DNA from: Vicugna vicugna
Lineage: Eukaryota
DNA: 64,000 nucleotides
Direction: 5' to 3'
NCBI GenBank assembly: GCA_013265495.1
Contig: MU058103.1
Location: 814,870-878,869 of the forward strand
Shown here: piece by piece, positions 36,553 through 49,420 of the stretch
Layout of the letters: each line of letters opens with the position of its first letter
How positions within the stretch are numbered: position 1 is the first letter of the stretch
The notes under the pieces: model-generated
Databases searched by the model: none
The model's input: only the letters and a program-made list of their open reading frames with translations
Told to the model about the DNA's origin: nothing
Program-made: the position numbers and the translations under genes

Positions 36553-38262
36553 TTGAATGCCTTGCCCAAATTCTCTTTTTTCCTCATTCACGCTGTAAAA
36601 ATTGTTCTCTCTTTCTCATCTGTTTCTATCACCAATTGTCTATGCCTGTTTCACAGGACCTGTTCTGTCTTATTTTGTAGCGAAGGTCTTTGTGTATATA
36701 TCTGATCTCTTCTATTGGTTTCTCAAGTCAATAACTTAAATCATTTCCTTTTCAACTTTTTTTTTCTAGTGGTGCCTTACACAGAGTTTTTATGAAGCAG
36801 GTATTTAGTAACTGTAGAACTGAACTAAAATGAATTAAATCAATTACATTGACCTAGTGCCCGCAGGGATCCAACAACAGAACCTGGAGTTGAGGTCAGG
36901 GTTTTCCTTAAACCATACTGTCCTTAAGACCTCGTAGGGTCAAAGAAAACAGTATGAGAAAACAGATTTTCCTAGATTTTGATTCTCTCTGAGACACTTA
37001 GCAGGACTGTATCTTTGGGTAATTTACCTCAACTATCTGACTCTTTCCTTACACATAAAATGAAGGAAAATACCGATTCGATGGATGTGTTATGAGAATT
37101 AAAATAGAGACCATATTTTAAAGCATTTACCTCCTGTTTGGCCCCTTGTATGCCAGTAATAAATGAGTTTTAGTCAATAGGGCCCTTTCTATTCTATACA
37201 AATAGAAGAAATAGGAACCACAAGCTTGTTTTCAGTGATTTTTTTTTTCAAGCAGGCATTGAAATGAGAGTGAGAAACTGTAAGTGAATAAGCAGGATTG
37301 CTTCTAACTAGAGTAACTGTCAAGCCTTCTGTGAGGCTTCGGCAACCTTAGAAAGTGCGCCAAGCGTACCGGAAGTAGAGTGAGCCGGTTTTAGGTTGAA
37401 CCAAGGCTAATAATCCCTTCAGTTTCATTCCAGTTAGGCTCTAGGTAGTTGGCACACAGAGTATGGTTGGGAAAATAGAGTCCATATGGATTGTTTTTTG
37501 GGTGTATGACATTGCCTAATCAGTGGCCAGCTTATGAAGGAAAAAACTAGAGACTGTCACCATCAAAGACATAGCAGCAACTAGAACAGAAAGCAGTTTT
37601 CAGAATAGGCCATTCACAGAAGTCCTGCCTTGGCACTTGAGTGATTTTGGTCTAGACTGTGAAGCAGGTATTCCTGCTGTGTTCTACCTCCCAAATTTCA
37701 AAAGCAGGTAATTCAAATCCAGAAAGATAATAGAATGGTAAATTTATCCAGTCTCTGCAAATATGAAATTTGTTAAGTGATTTCTGATTGCAACAGTAAT
37801 AAGTATACTTTTTCTTTTAAGGAAGGGTATGTTGTGGAGCAGAATAGTATAGATCAGATTTCAAGGGTGACTTAGAAATCTACTTAAGACTCATTTGTTC
37901 AACACGTATCTGTTGAATATATACCATGTGTCAGGAATAATGCTATAAAATTAAATATCATGTTTTAAAAAAGCCTTAATCTGTTCTCCATTATCTCTGA
38001 GTCAGTGAGAAAAATAAATGAATAATTACAATTTGGTGATAGTAGTCCTATGCCAGTGAGCTATATTTTTAAACTGACTTTTCCCCAAAAACTTATTGGG
38101 TAGGTACAACTGTTATCCCTAGTTATTAGATGTGAATGTCAAACAGAGAGGGGAACTGCTTTAGTATAAACATGGAGATGTCAGAGCTGGGAATTAACCC
38201 TGGCTTCAAAGTTGGCACTTTAAAATTTCAGATATGCCACAGCCCTAAGATGTTGGTAGAAA

Positions 38263-38443
38263 TAGGGTTGCCAGATAAAATATAGGCTATTCAATTAAAT
38301 TTAATCTCAGATAAATCATACATATTTGTAGCATAAATGTGTCCCATGCAGTATTTAGTATATACACTAAAAAGTATTCATTGTTTATCTGAAATTTAAA
38401 TTTAACTGGACTGCATTTTTATTTGTTAAATCTAGTGACACAA
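38263..38443. mobile_element. MER53 palindromic DNA transposon (MITE-like)
   Basis: tagggttgccagataaaata...aattaaatttaatctcagataaa...tgtcccatgca...ttgtttatctgaaatttaaatttaactgg...tttttatttgttaaatctagtgacac; arms are self-complementary. Confidence 0.85.
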
Positions 38444-38577
38444 GCTGGAGTACAAAGGAGTGTTACCTAGTCTTGCTTTGGCATGAGAAAGATTAAAGAT
38501 AGAGATGATAAATTATTTAAACCATTGTATTTGATTTGAAAGTCATTTTCTCCTAGCTTGATTCTCTTGTACTTTTT

Positions 38578-39930
38578 CTCTTTTTTATTGAACTATAGTT
38601 AATTTACAATATTATATTAGTTTCATATGCACAACATAGTGATTCAGTATTTTTATAGACTATAATCTGTTGAAAGTTATTATAAAACAGTGGGCATACT
38701 CCCAGTGTTGTGCCATAAATCCCTAAAGTTTATTTTATATGTAGTACTTTGTACTTCTTAATCGTCTACCCCTATTGTGCCCCTACCCCCTGTCCTCTCC
38801 CCATTGGTAACTGCTAGTTTATTCTCTATATCTGTGAGGTTTTTTTTCTGTTTTGTTGTTTTCCTTTGTTTTATTTTTTGGATTCTACCATATACATGAT
38901 AATGTACAGTATGTCTTTCTCTGTCTGAATTACTTCACTAAGCATAATACCCTCCATATCTATATTGTTGCGAATGGCAAAATTTCATTCTTTATTATGG
39001 GCTGAGTAACGTTCCATTGTATAGATATACCACACCTTCTTGATCCACTCATACGCTGGTGGAGACTTTGGTTGTTTCCATAGCTTGGCTACTGTAAACA
39101 GTTGCTATGAACATTAAGATGCATGTGTTTTTTCAAATTAGTGTTTTCATTCTTTGGATGTATATTCCCAGGAGTGAAATTACCAGATCATACGGTAGCT
39201 CTGGTTTTAGTTTTTTTGAGGAAACTCCATACTTTTTTCCACAGTGGCTGGGCCAATTTACATTCCCACCAGCAGTGGGATTCCCTTTTCTCCACATCCT
39301 TGCCAATATTTGTTATTTGCAGACTTTTTGATGATAGCCATTCTGACAGGTGTGTGATGATATCTCAGTATAGTTTTGATTTGTATTCTTCTGACAATTA
39401 GTGATGTTGAGGATCTTTTCATGTGTCTGTATATCTTCTTTGCAAAAATGTCTATTCAGGTATTCTGAACACTTTTTAACTGGGTTCTTTGTTTTTTTGA
39501 TATTAAGTTATACGAGCTGTTTACATATTTTGGAAATTAACCTTTTATCATTCATATTATTTTCAAATATTTTCTTTCATTCTGTAGGTTATGTTTTTGT
39601 TTTGTCAATGGTTTCCTTTGCTGGGCAAAAGTTTTTAAGTTTAATTAGGCCCCATTTTTAAATTTTGGATTTGTTTCCTTTGCTTTAGGAGACAGAGCCA
39701 AAAAAATTATTGCTATGATTTATGTCAAAGAGTATTCTGCCTATGTTTTCTTCTGGGAGTTCCATGGTTCATTTAGGTCTTAGGCCATTTTGAGTTTATT
39801 TTTGTATATAGTGTGAGAAAATGTTTTAATTTTATTCTTTTACATGTAGCTGTCCAGCACCACTTAGGTGCTGGAAGAGACTTTCTTTTCTTGATTGTAT
39901 ATTCTCACCTTCTTTGTTGTAGATTCATTG
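38578..39930 (-). mobile_element. L1 (L1MA9/laurasiatherian-age) 3' portion
   Basis: ttttattgaactatagttaatttacaatattatattagtttca...cttcactaagcataataccctcca...ttgatgatagccattctgacaggtgtg...gtcaaagagtattctgcctatgttttcttct. Confidence 0.92.
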
Positions 39931-40773
39931 TGTTTCATTTTTAATTTATGTGCTAATGATCATGCTACACCATGTATTGTTTCCTACTTAATTTAGTTAA
40001 TATTATATCAAAAGAATATTTGTATAACAATAAAGTTTTTGTAAAGAAGAGCAATAATAGAATATGTCTCATACCTTAAACTAAATGAGATAATGTATAT
40101 AAAATCAGGCACTAGTGTCTGACATCTAATAAGTTCTCAGTAAAGGTCATATTGGAAGAAGTGGTGTCATTATGTTGGTGATAAATATTACTATTTTTGC
40201 TACTGCTGCTACTTCTATAGACATTATTTAAGTAGTAAAGTGATAGTATTGATCCTCACGACAAGATTCTGGTAAAGCCATGTCAGGGAAAATAATGATA
40301 TTTGAGTGATGAATAACTTACTGGGGGCACAAAGATCATTGCTATGATTCATGTCTTCCCCATACTAATTTGGAAATATTTTAGTCTACTTATTATCACA
40401 GATTAAGCATATATGAAATCATTTTAAATTCTAATATATCCAGATCTCTTGGTTTGCCTTCAGAATGTCTTTATAGGAGTAAACTGAGGTCAATTGTTTG
40501 GTTGGAATTAAGAATTAGGGACTTGTCTTAAAGTTGTGTTTGTTTATCAAGCTATATTTAAATTGTATGTTGTGCAATAATAAAAATAACTAAGTATACT
40601 AAGTATATTTTAATCACATTTCATGCACAATTGAGGAAATATTACTTGTCTGTGTCTATATTATTGTAGTTGGTAGTGGTGTTATTTGAGACGATTTTTT
40701 AATTTTTGGAGCTGATGGATATTGACACTTCACTTGATTACTCTTCTTTTCCAAATTCAAAGAATTCAAAACA

Positions 40774-41142
40774 TGGGTTCTTTGTGCATTTGAGCTACTA
40801 TGACAAAATACCATAACTAGATGGCTTATAAACAAGAGAAATTTATTTCTCACAGCTCTAGAAGCTGGGACATCTGAAATCAAGGCATGAGCAGATTTGG
40901 TATCTGATGAGAGCCTGTTTTCTGGCTCATAGACATCTGTCTTATCACTGTGTCTTCACATAGGTGAAAAAGACTAGCGAGCTCTGGGGGTGTCTCTTTT
41001 GAGGGCACCAGTCCCATTCGTGAAGATTCCTTTCTTATTATTTAATCACCTCTCAAAGACCCTACCTCCTAATACCATCACCTGGTTGTTTAGAATTTCA
41101 AAATATGAATTTTGAGGGGATACAAATATCTGGTCTATAGTA
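40774..41142 (-). mobile_element. MaLR LTR (MLT1A-like)
   Basis: caaaataccataactagatggcttataaacaagagaaatttatttctcacagctctagaagctggga...taatcacctctcaaagaccctacctcctaataccatcac...tatgaattttgagggga. Confidence 0.9.
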
Positions 41143-42894
41143 ATGAGTTGGTTATTGAACTGGGTACTTCACTCCTATGCACAAGCTTAGTTAATCCTCA
41201 TGACTAGCCCGCAAAGTAGATATTATTAGATAGGTATATTAGGCTCAGGTGGCCCATGAAGAAACTAAGGCTCAAGGAAAGTCACATGGCTTGGCTTGGT
41301 CCTAAAGTATTTTCACTTACTATAAAACCATCAAAATGATGTTTTATTAAGCAGTTTTAGTAGTATGGCTGAACGTTTGTTATGCAGTGATATACATAAG
41401 AAGAAAGATGTGCAATGTTGATGTAATACATACTTCATTAGAGAAAATAGACAAAAGGGCAGAAAAATATCAAATGCGATTTTTAGTCTTGTGATGTCAG
41501 CCCCTAAAATTAGTGTCTGAATTCTCTCCTTTCTTCATTTGTGGTTTCTCTTTTCCCTTTAACATTTTATTGGCTTTACTGAAAATGACTTTTAAAAGAT
41601 TTTGTTACTTTTTATGAAAACTATAAAGTATAAATAAAGCAGAAATAATGTCATGTTCATATCTAAGTTGGTGGTGCAAAGGTATGGTGTAATGTCTACT
41701 AAACTTAGTATTGGAGTTAAGTTCTATTTCATTAATTCAAAGTTCTGTGAAATTTCTGCCAAGTTCTAAGAGTAAACACTATGCTAAGGGCTAAGCTTTA
41801 GTTTCTTAATGCTTAAAATTATGTTTAAAATGGAGAAATAGTTGGTAGAAGATTATTTCTACCTCCCTTGCATGTTGATAATTCTTGGTCTGCATAAGCA
41901 TAGCTTCCACGTCACACTTGAACCCAGACATAAACTAAACCTCATGCCAAAATGTGTACAGGTAGTTTTGAGGTAAGAAGCAAGTAAAAGGATAAACGAA
42001 CAAAACCCAAATCATACACCCTCCACTTAATATAAATTACCCAGATAATTACAGATTATTTACTGATGCAAACCTGATCAAAGTACAATAAAACTATTAA
42101 ATTGCGCTGTTTCTGAAACAATCCATTCTTTCACAAATACTTGAAGCAGAAGGGAGAGAAATATTAAGATAGTCTGGGGAGAACTTTTATTAAACTGAAG
42201 ATTTAAATAAAAATTAACTCATTTATGGAACACTTTTGAAGACCTTTGTGTACTGAACAATGGAAATAGAAACAGAGAAAAATCAGTTGGGTCTGTTACC
42301 ATTGAGGAGTTCATAGTTAGAAGGGAAGAGGAGCATGTAAAAAAAAAATCTAGCTTCTCAGATACCGTTTCCTTAATTTTCCGTGAGTATTTCCAATCAT
42401 CCCAGGAAGTCCAGTCCACCCCTCACGTACTTTCTGAGGATCCTGAGAAATATGCACGTTTCCCACATATTGCTATCCACTACAGCTTACCACCTTTTTA
42501 GCAAAGCACTGCTCCTGGCATCTTCATCAATTCCTTTTGACTGATTGAAACTCTCTCTGTGTCACCGTAGTTCTCCCTCCTGTTCATCTCACCCCAAGGC
42601 ATGAATCTAGATTTTTTTCTTGATTCTCCAAAGCACAGGTGTTATAAGACTACCATATTTAACAGTTTAATATAAGGGAATTTCAGTATGAAAAATATTA
42701 TGTATAACTCATAGGATGAAGTTTATAGGCATAAGAATTCTTAGATCCCTTGCAATAATTCTATGAGCAATGAGTTCAAGACCTATTAGATGAAAAATCT
42801 CAATAGTAGTAATACCAACAATCAGAATTCAGAGGACCAAATTAAATGTTGGACTTTGAATTATGCTGCTAGATGTATGATGATGAGCCCTCAG

Positions 42895-43185
42895 AGGCTG
42901 GATGTGAGATTTCCCCATACTACATCCCTGTTTAAGAACTCTCAGTGGTTCTCTAACAATCAAGGATGAGTCCAGTCTCCTCCAAAAGTCACACATGGTT
43001 CTCTAAGCCCTTCTTAGTTTACTCTTCCAATCTCTTGATCAGCCAGTCCCTGCCCCAAACTCAAAACCCCAGAGATACCAAAATAAATGCAGTTCCCTAG
43101 CAAAGACACATCATGTTTCAGAACCTTTGATTCTGCTGTTGCCTCTGCCTAAAAGATACTGTCCACTCTATTACTTAACTGACTT
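42895..43185 (+). mobile_element. L2 fragment
   Basis: ccctgtttaagaactctcagtggttctc...gagtccagtctcctc...gctgttgcctctgcctaaaa. Confidence 0.6.
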
Positions 43186-43677
43186 GATTAAATAAAGTTT
43201 TTTTTCTAGGCCCATTCAGTATTTGCTCTCATATTGATTTGAAAATGCACTCTTTATTGAATTATCTGTATGAAAAGTAACATGAAACAAGAGGAAAATA
43301 TTGACTTTAGCATTAATCCATCAGTTTGTATCCAGATCATGGTACTTATGATATTATGGTTTCCTTAAAGCTAAGTTTTCTCATCATTAAAAAGCATATA
43401 ATAGTAATTAATAATATAATTATTATGAAATCAAATTAGAAAACCTACAGTGTTCCTATTCAATGTCTAGTATGAGTTATTTAGTAAATGATAACCACTA
43501 TAATCTTATTAATGAAGGCTGATAGGAAAGTTGTTTAGAATTCACAAATTTTAGAATTAACTAAATTTTAGACAAAATGATTTTGTAACATTCATATAAG
43601 GCAAAGAAATTCTTCTGATATTGGCCAACAACGTCACAGTGGCTCTTTCTATATAACGAACAGGACCCTCTTCTAGT

Positions 43678-44148
43678 GTTTTCATCATCTATTGTTGTGT
43701 TGCAAACCACTTTAAAACCTAATGGCCTAAGACAACACCAGTTACTAATTTTCTTACAAATAGGGTAAAGATAGCTTGTCTCTGATCCATTAGACCTCAG
43801 AGGATGTGGTTCAACCACAGCTTGGAGAATCTACTTTCAGCACGGCTCCCTCACATGACCAAGGATGTGCACCATGTTTCACTCCACAGTGGGCCTCTCC
43901 AAGGTCTGCTTCAGCTTCTTCAGAGGATGGTAGCTATATTCCATGAGTGTGTATCCCTAACGACAGAAAAATGAAGACCACCACTTAGATATAGGCTGAG
44001 ACAGAAACTGGGACAGTGTCACTTCCACTGTATTCTGTTTGTTAAGCCATCACAGAGCCCAGATTCAAGGAGTGAGGCATAGATCTCCACTGTTTGATAG
44101 AAACGGCATCAAAGAATCTGGGGGGACATGCTTTAAAATTGCTACATC
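43678..44148 (-). mobile_element. MaLR LTR (MLT1F/G-like)
   Basis: tctattgttgtgttgcaaaccactttaaaacctaatggcctaagacaac...gtgtcacttccactgtattctgtttgttaagc...cccagattcaaggag. Confidence 0.8.
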
Positions 44149-45129
44149 TCTTAAACCCCCCAGTAATCAGTGCTGGAGCCAGCATGTAACTGTAGGCTGA
44201 TTTTATGCCAAAGTCCATTTCACAAATGCTAAAACTGAATTAAGGAGAAATACAGCAAGTTTATGTAATTTACCCAGGATAAATGGAAAGTGACCCCAGA
44301 AGTCTTAAATTAGCTACCACACCATGGTTTACAAGATGAAATGGGCCAGTGCGTGGCAGTGCACTTGTAAGTTATGATGCTTTTTATCCATGAGCTGATA
44401 TATATAAGAATATAAGTAAATTCTGATATAGATCTATAGTTTTAGCACTGTGGACTATTATGAGCTAGAGAAGCACAAATGGTAAAAAAAAAAAAAAACA
44501 TAGTTTAAGTGGCTAAATGATATTCAGGTTAAATCATTCCAGAGCTATCTCTTTCCATGCAAACTATACCTCTTTTGCATATATACATGTTATCTGGATT
44601 TAGACTGATCAGCTGTTTGTACTGCTTCTGTGATGACAACATTCTGCTTCTCAGTCATAAAATGAATTTTTCAGTGTATGAGGTCACATGTCCATGAGGA
44701 GTAATAACCAGCAATCCACAGGAGATCCTTTTAAGGATATTAGGCTAGTGTGTGAGACAACTTACACAAAGAGTAATTTTCAATAAGATCTGTAAAAGTG
44801 TACAAGGAAAAGTATTGCAGCCTTCCCCACATTATTCTCCCTCCGAGCTCGTGTATTAGCCCTGCACCACTTATTCGACTCTTGGCTTGTGCTGTCTCTG
44901 ATTACTCTTCCTCTGGTACACAAGTCTTTCTCACCTCTCTTTTTCCCTTAGGAGAGTAATGACAACATAACCCTCCTGTGCATCCCTGCAGCTCCCACCT
45001 CCCACTGTACCCATCCTGTGTAGTAAATGCTCCCTGGATGGGCCTGTGTGAAGCAGGGCAAAATCGAGGGAGTATCTGAAGACCTTTGAGGCCTCTCCAT
45101 CTCACTAGTCTCTCTGCATCAAATGTGCA

Positions 45130-45405
45130 GATTTACATAGTGTTTTAAAGTTTACAAGTGATTTCACTTAAATAATTGTACTCAATCTTCACAACAACCC
45201 TGTGATGCAAACCATAACGATTGTATCTATATTACACAAAGAGGAAACTGAATCTTAGTGTGGTTAATTAGCTTGGCCAGGGTCCCATAGCTAGCTCAAA
45301 AAATGTATCTTGAATGGAAGAAGGAAGGGAAGAGTGAGGTACAATTAAGACCTGAGACCAAGTCTGTATAACTGCAGGATCAGTACTCTTTTCAACATAC
45401 TGTTC
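45130..45405 (-). mobile_element. MIR SINE
   Basis: aatcttcacaacaaccctgtga...attacacaaagaggaaactgaatcttag...ttggccagggtcccatagctag. Confidence 0.75.
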
Positions 45406-46878
45406 CGTCACTCCACAGACAGTTTGGTTAAACTAATTCCACTGAATTGCTTAAAATGATTGAAATGGCACAACAGTGGTGGTGTAAGGGGAGCCAAGGA
45501 AAAGAAAATGTTTCTTTTAAAAAAAAATTTGTAGGAGATAATATTTTGCAGGGAGCATAGATGGGGCAGGCTGGAAGGGGACATGTATCTGGCAGCTGGA
45601 AAGTATACGCTGCCACATCCTCAAAATAACAGAGCATTTTTGCTGCATCTTTTTAACTCAGCCTTAGTAGACCAAATTTTCCAATCTTCCCTATTTTCTC
45701 CTCATTGAAGGCCTCGAAAAATATAAGGTGAAAAGTGCCTGTAAACTATTTTTGATCTTTCTCCCCATCTCAGCTCTATGAATAGAATTGTCTTTCCGCT
45801 AAGCTTTAATCAGTGTCTCACTGAGTAAGTAGTGATAATCAAAGAGATTTTTAATACTTTAACCCATTATATTTAATTGGGCTCTTTAAGTTACAGGAAT
45901 AAATAGAAATGGATGAACCTTTAAATCCTCTGGCACTAAATGCTGTTTACCTGTTTATTTCAATGAATCAACCTCCCTACCCAACTACCCCCTCCAAAAA
46001 AAAAAAAAGCCTGCAATTAAATGAATGGTCCTGGATCATATCTTGCTGGCAATAATTATATGAGAGAATTTAGAATCTCATCAGCAGGTCTAATTTGGAG
46101 TAATAAACCTTCTAGCTAATCTTATACGTAAAGTCAACGGTCCCACTCTAATGTTGATGATAATGCAGAAGCCTAAAATAACAGACTAAGTGAAAGATAA
46201 CTATCACTCTAAATTATTTCTGGGCTTGGGTATAACACACACTTGTGAGGAAGACTTTCTTTTCAGAGTTGGGGAAAGAGAATTTGTTTTGGATGTTAGG
46301 AATATCACTCAAGGCGACAGACCAACCTGGAAGAGATAGGATTAGAGCCCTGGTAAATGACAGAACTCTAGCAGACTGAGACTAATGACATTCCCAGTAG
46401 AAGAGACAGTGGAAGCCAAATCAGCAGAAGCCAAGTCAGCCAAGGAAACCACGTGGGAATAGTAATGAGTTCTATATGAGTCAAATATTTGACGGGGAAA
46501 TTGATGGAGGAGAAGGTAGGCCTTCTCCATCTTCACTTTTAGCAGGTTGCCTGAGGAGTGTCACAGACTTGGCTCCAGGGCTGAAATGCCTTGGGCTGTA
46601 CTTTTCTTTCCTTTTCTTTTTTAATAATAGGAATAATTAGAAGTGGCCCAAGTGAATGATGGCATGAATAGATCTATGCTTTATACACAGTCACTGTGGC
46701 TACAGAATGTAACATGAGCTGGAGAAGTTAGAGATTGGAAGCAGTGAGGGAACTGTTGCAGTTATGAAAGTGAGGGGTAATGAGGTGAGAGTTAGGCAGT
46801 GGTCTTTAGAGTAAGGATGTGGAAGAGTTTCTACTGCAGTGTAAAGTTAACATTCCAGAAATATTAGAATAATCATTC

Positions 46879-47713
46879 TGTTAGCAGATTGAGAGATCCC
46901 CAAGAGAGAAAGCTCACCAAAAGTGTGGGTCCTTACCCACCAGTTGAGAAAGAATTCTCAGCAAATGCAGAGGGACAAAGTAAAAGGCAGGCTGCTTTAT
47001 TGATCAAAAGATGAAAAGGAAGGAAAAGCACTTGAGTCTGGAGATGTCAGCTGAGATGGCCAGTTGAGACAGCTCCAGCTCCAAGTCAGGCCATGCAGAC
47101 TTTTATTGGAGACTTCTGCTATCCTGTTCTTATCCCAGGTGTGCTGGAGCCAATCATCTTTTTTTTTTTTTTCAGTCCTTTAATGGACTTTTCCAGCTGT
47201 TGTCATGACAATAATCAACTGCCATGGTGCTGATGGGTGTGTCATTTAGCATGCTAATGCATTACAGTGAGCATATAAAGAACCTCGAAGTCCATGGGAA
47301 GTCAGTTCCTCCACCATCTTGGTCTTAGTTGGTTCTAACCAGTTCTTGTTTCTCTCTCTCTGTAGCTTCCTCCTGAGACTTAGATTGAAGTAATTGTTTT
47401 CCATTTGAGGGATGGGCAGGGGTATGATCCTGGGGGCAAAAGCCTCAATAACAGTTCATGAGATTACTGAAGGGGAGGCTAGGGAGGAGATCTGGTCATC
47501 ATGCAGTTAGTTTTTTCCCTCAAGTGGCTGTTATATTGTATGTAAAATGACTTAGGAATATGCATCAGACAGTGAGTCTGTGACTCTGTTGTCCTAGTAA
47601 TCCACTGCTTGAGCCTGTTCTTTTATAACTCAGGGAGGCCTGGGCAACTTCAGCCTGTCTGTAAACAAGAGGCAAGGGTTGGGGAATGCCCTGCAGGGTC
47701 CTGCTCGGTCTCA
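46879..47713 (-). mobile_element. ERV1-class solo LTR inserted in decayed L2
   Basis: TG...CA bounded (tgttagcag...ctgctcggtctca; minus strand starts tgagaccgagcaggaccc). tttattg gives a minus-strand polyA signal. Core gtcatttagcatgctaatgcatta...ccaccatcttggtcttagttggttctaaccag. No clean TSD, so the left boundary is uncertain. Confidence 0.75.
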
Positions 47714-48959
47714 CTTTATGAAAGTTAAAAAAATATTTGAACTAGAAAATTATCAAAATTTCAGGAGGAAGAAAATGGCCTTTCTTTTGCACACAGGAGA
47801 AAGACCAAAGTGGAAAAGATGGGCAGGGAGCAGATCTATGTTAGCTATCATGATTTAGGAGAAAGTTCCGGCACCTATGTACAGGTATCTTACTGGCAGC
47901 TGGATAGGCAGTGCTAGTCATAATGAATGACCAGGGCTAGGTGCAGTGAAACCAAGACTGTGTAGAATCATAAGAAGAGAAGTGAAGGAAAGGATGCTAA
48001 ATTAAGAAAGGTCTATATTTAAGGGTTAGACAAAAGAGGAAGAAACACTAAGCTTCCAGTTTCTCAAGAGGCATAAAGAGACGAAGAAGATAAAGCGCCA
48101 CAAAAATTAAAAATAAAAAGAGAGAAAAAAGTTCTTGCTAAGAATTCTGATAAGAGAAGAGGTGAATGAGTTAGGACATTAGGAGAGCAGTCATAATTTA
48201 AAAAAAAATTCTAAATAGAACTTTTGAAGTAAAGACTTGGGTGTTAAAATTTGAAGTGTGCCATTTGAGAAGTTAAGAGTTGAACTTACTTTTGCCAGAT
48301 ACCTTTAACAGTGAAATAAATGCTGGAGAGTCATAAACCAATGTGGCTGATACATGAGGGAGAAGTAGGGTTGCAAAGTGGACTTGATTGCTGTTTTGAT
48401 TGCTTCCTCGGTTCTATTGTTTAATAGAATATTTAAGATTTCTACATGAGAGTAAGAGAACGGAAAAAAAAAGGTGGGGAATGGAAGTAACAGGTACTAA
48501 GCATTAAAGCATGGTTTATAGGCTAGGCATTTGTATTAAGATTCTCCATGAAGCTATCCCATTTACTCGTGACAGTATTGAGAGGTGTTTAGCACATGTT
48601 ACAGTTGAAAATGATGCTCAGAGATGTTAAATCACTTACCTGAGGTTATGCAGCTAATTTTTGCCAGAGTTGTAATGATATGAGGCAAATAACCAGTTTT
48701 TCCTTTAATTATTCAATCCACAAATATTCAATGAGTACAGATTGTGAACCAGAGGGTGTGCTGGGTGTTAGAAGAAAAAAACCAACTTTGCCCTCATAAC
48801 ACTCACAATCTTGGGGGCAGCCAGAGGGGAAAAGCTGTCTCTCAATTATATAAAGGTGAGTGAGTCAAAAGACAGGTTGAAACTTAAGATGTATGATAGA
48901 AATATGGCAGTGGAAGATGGTGTTTTCAAAGAACCCTCTTTCTAAAAGATACACATTAT

Positions 48960-49420
48960 TTACAGCTGTGGCTTTAACACCTATGACCTGGAAATGCTGT
49001 CCATCATGTTCCACCTTCCCTTTCAATTTTAATTCTCTGATCCCTTCTCTCCTTCACCTCTCCCACTTCCTCCCCTTCCCCCCACCCCCCCAGAATACTT
49101 CTGTGCTCTGTGCCTTTGCAGGTGTTTTCTTTGCCTGGGATGCCGTCGGCCCAGGTGTAAATCTGCCAAACTCTTACTCATCCCTTCAGCCTCAGCTGGC
49201 ATCTTCCTTGAAATTCCAAGGCATGTGTATATGGGTCTTCTGAACATAGGTTACCCTCTGTGAGCTTTAAAATTAAAAAATGGCCCCATGATAGAATGTT
49301 TTCACTTCTTCTCTCAACCAGATTCTTAAAGTCCGGAACCATGTATTTTCATCCTGGAATCACAATGCCTGGCACACAGCAAGCACTGGGAAATATATGT
49401 GGAATAAATGGCTGGGCATG
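48960..49420 (+). mobile_element. L2 3' portion
   Basis: gtgcctttgcaggtgttttctttgcctgggatgcc...ctcttactcatcccttcagcctcagct...caatgcctggcacacagcaagcactgggaaatatatgtggaataaatg. Confidence 0.78.

Noticed and set aside
46412..46442. Short tandem duplication gaagccaaatcagca / gaagccaagtcagcc
   Set aside because: Two imperfect 15-bp copies only; ordinary slippage.
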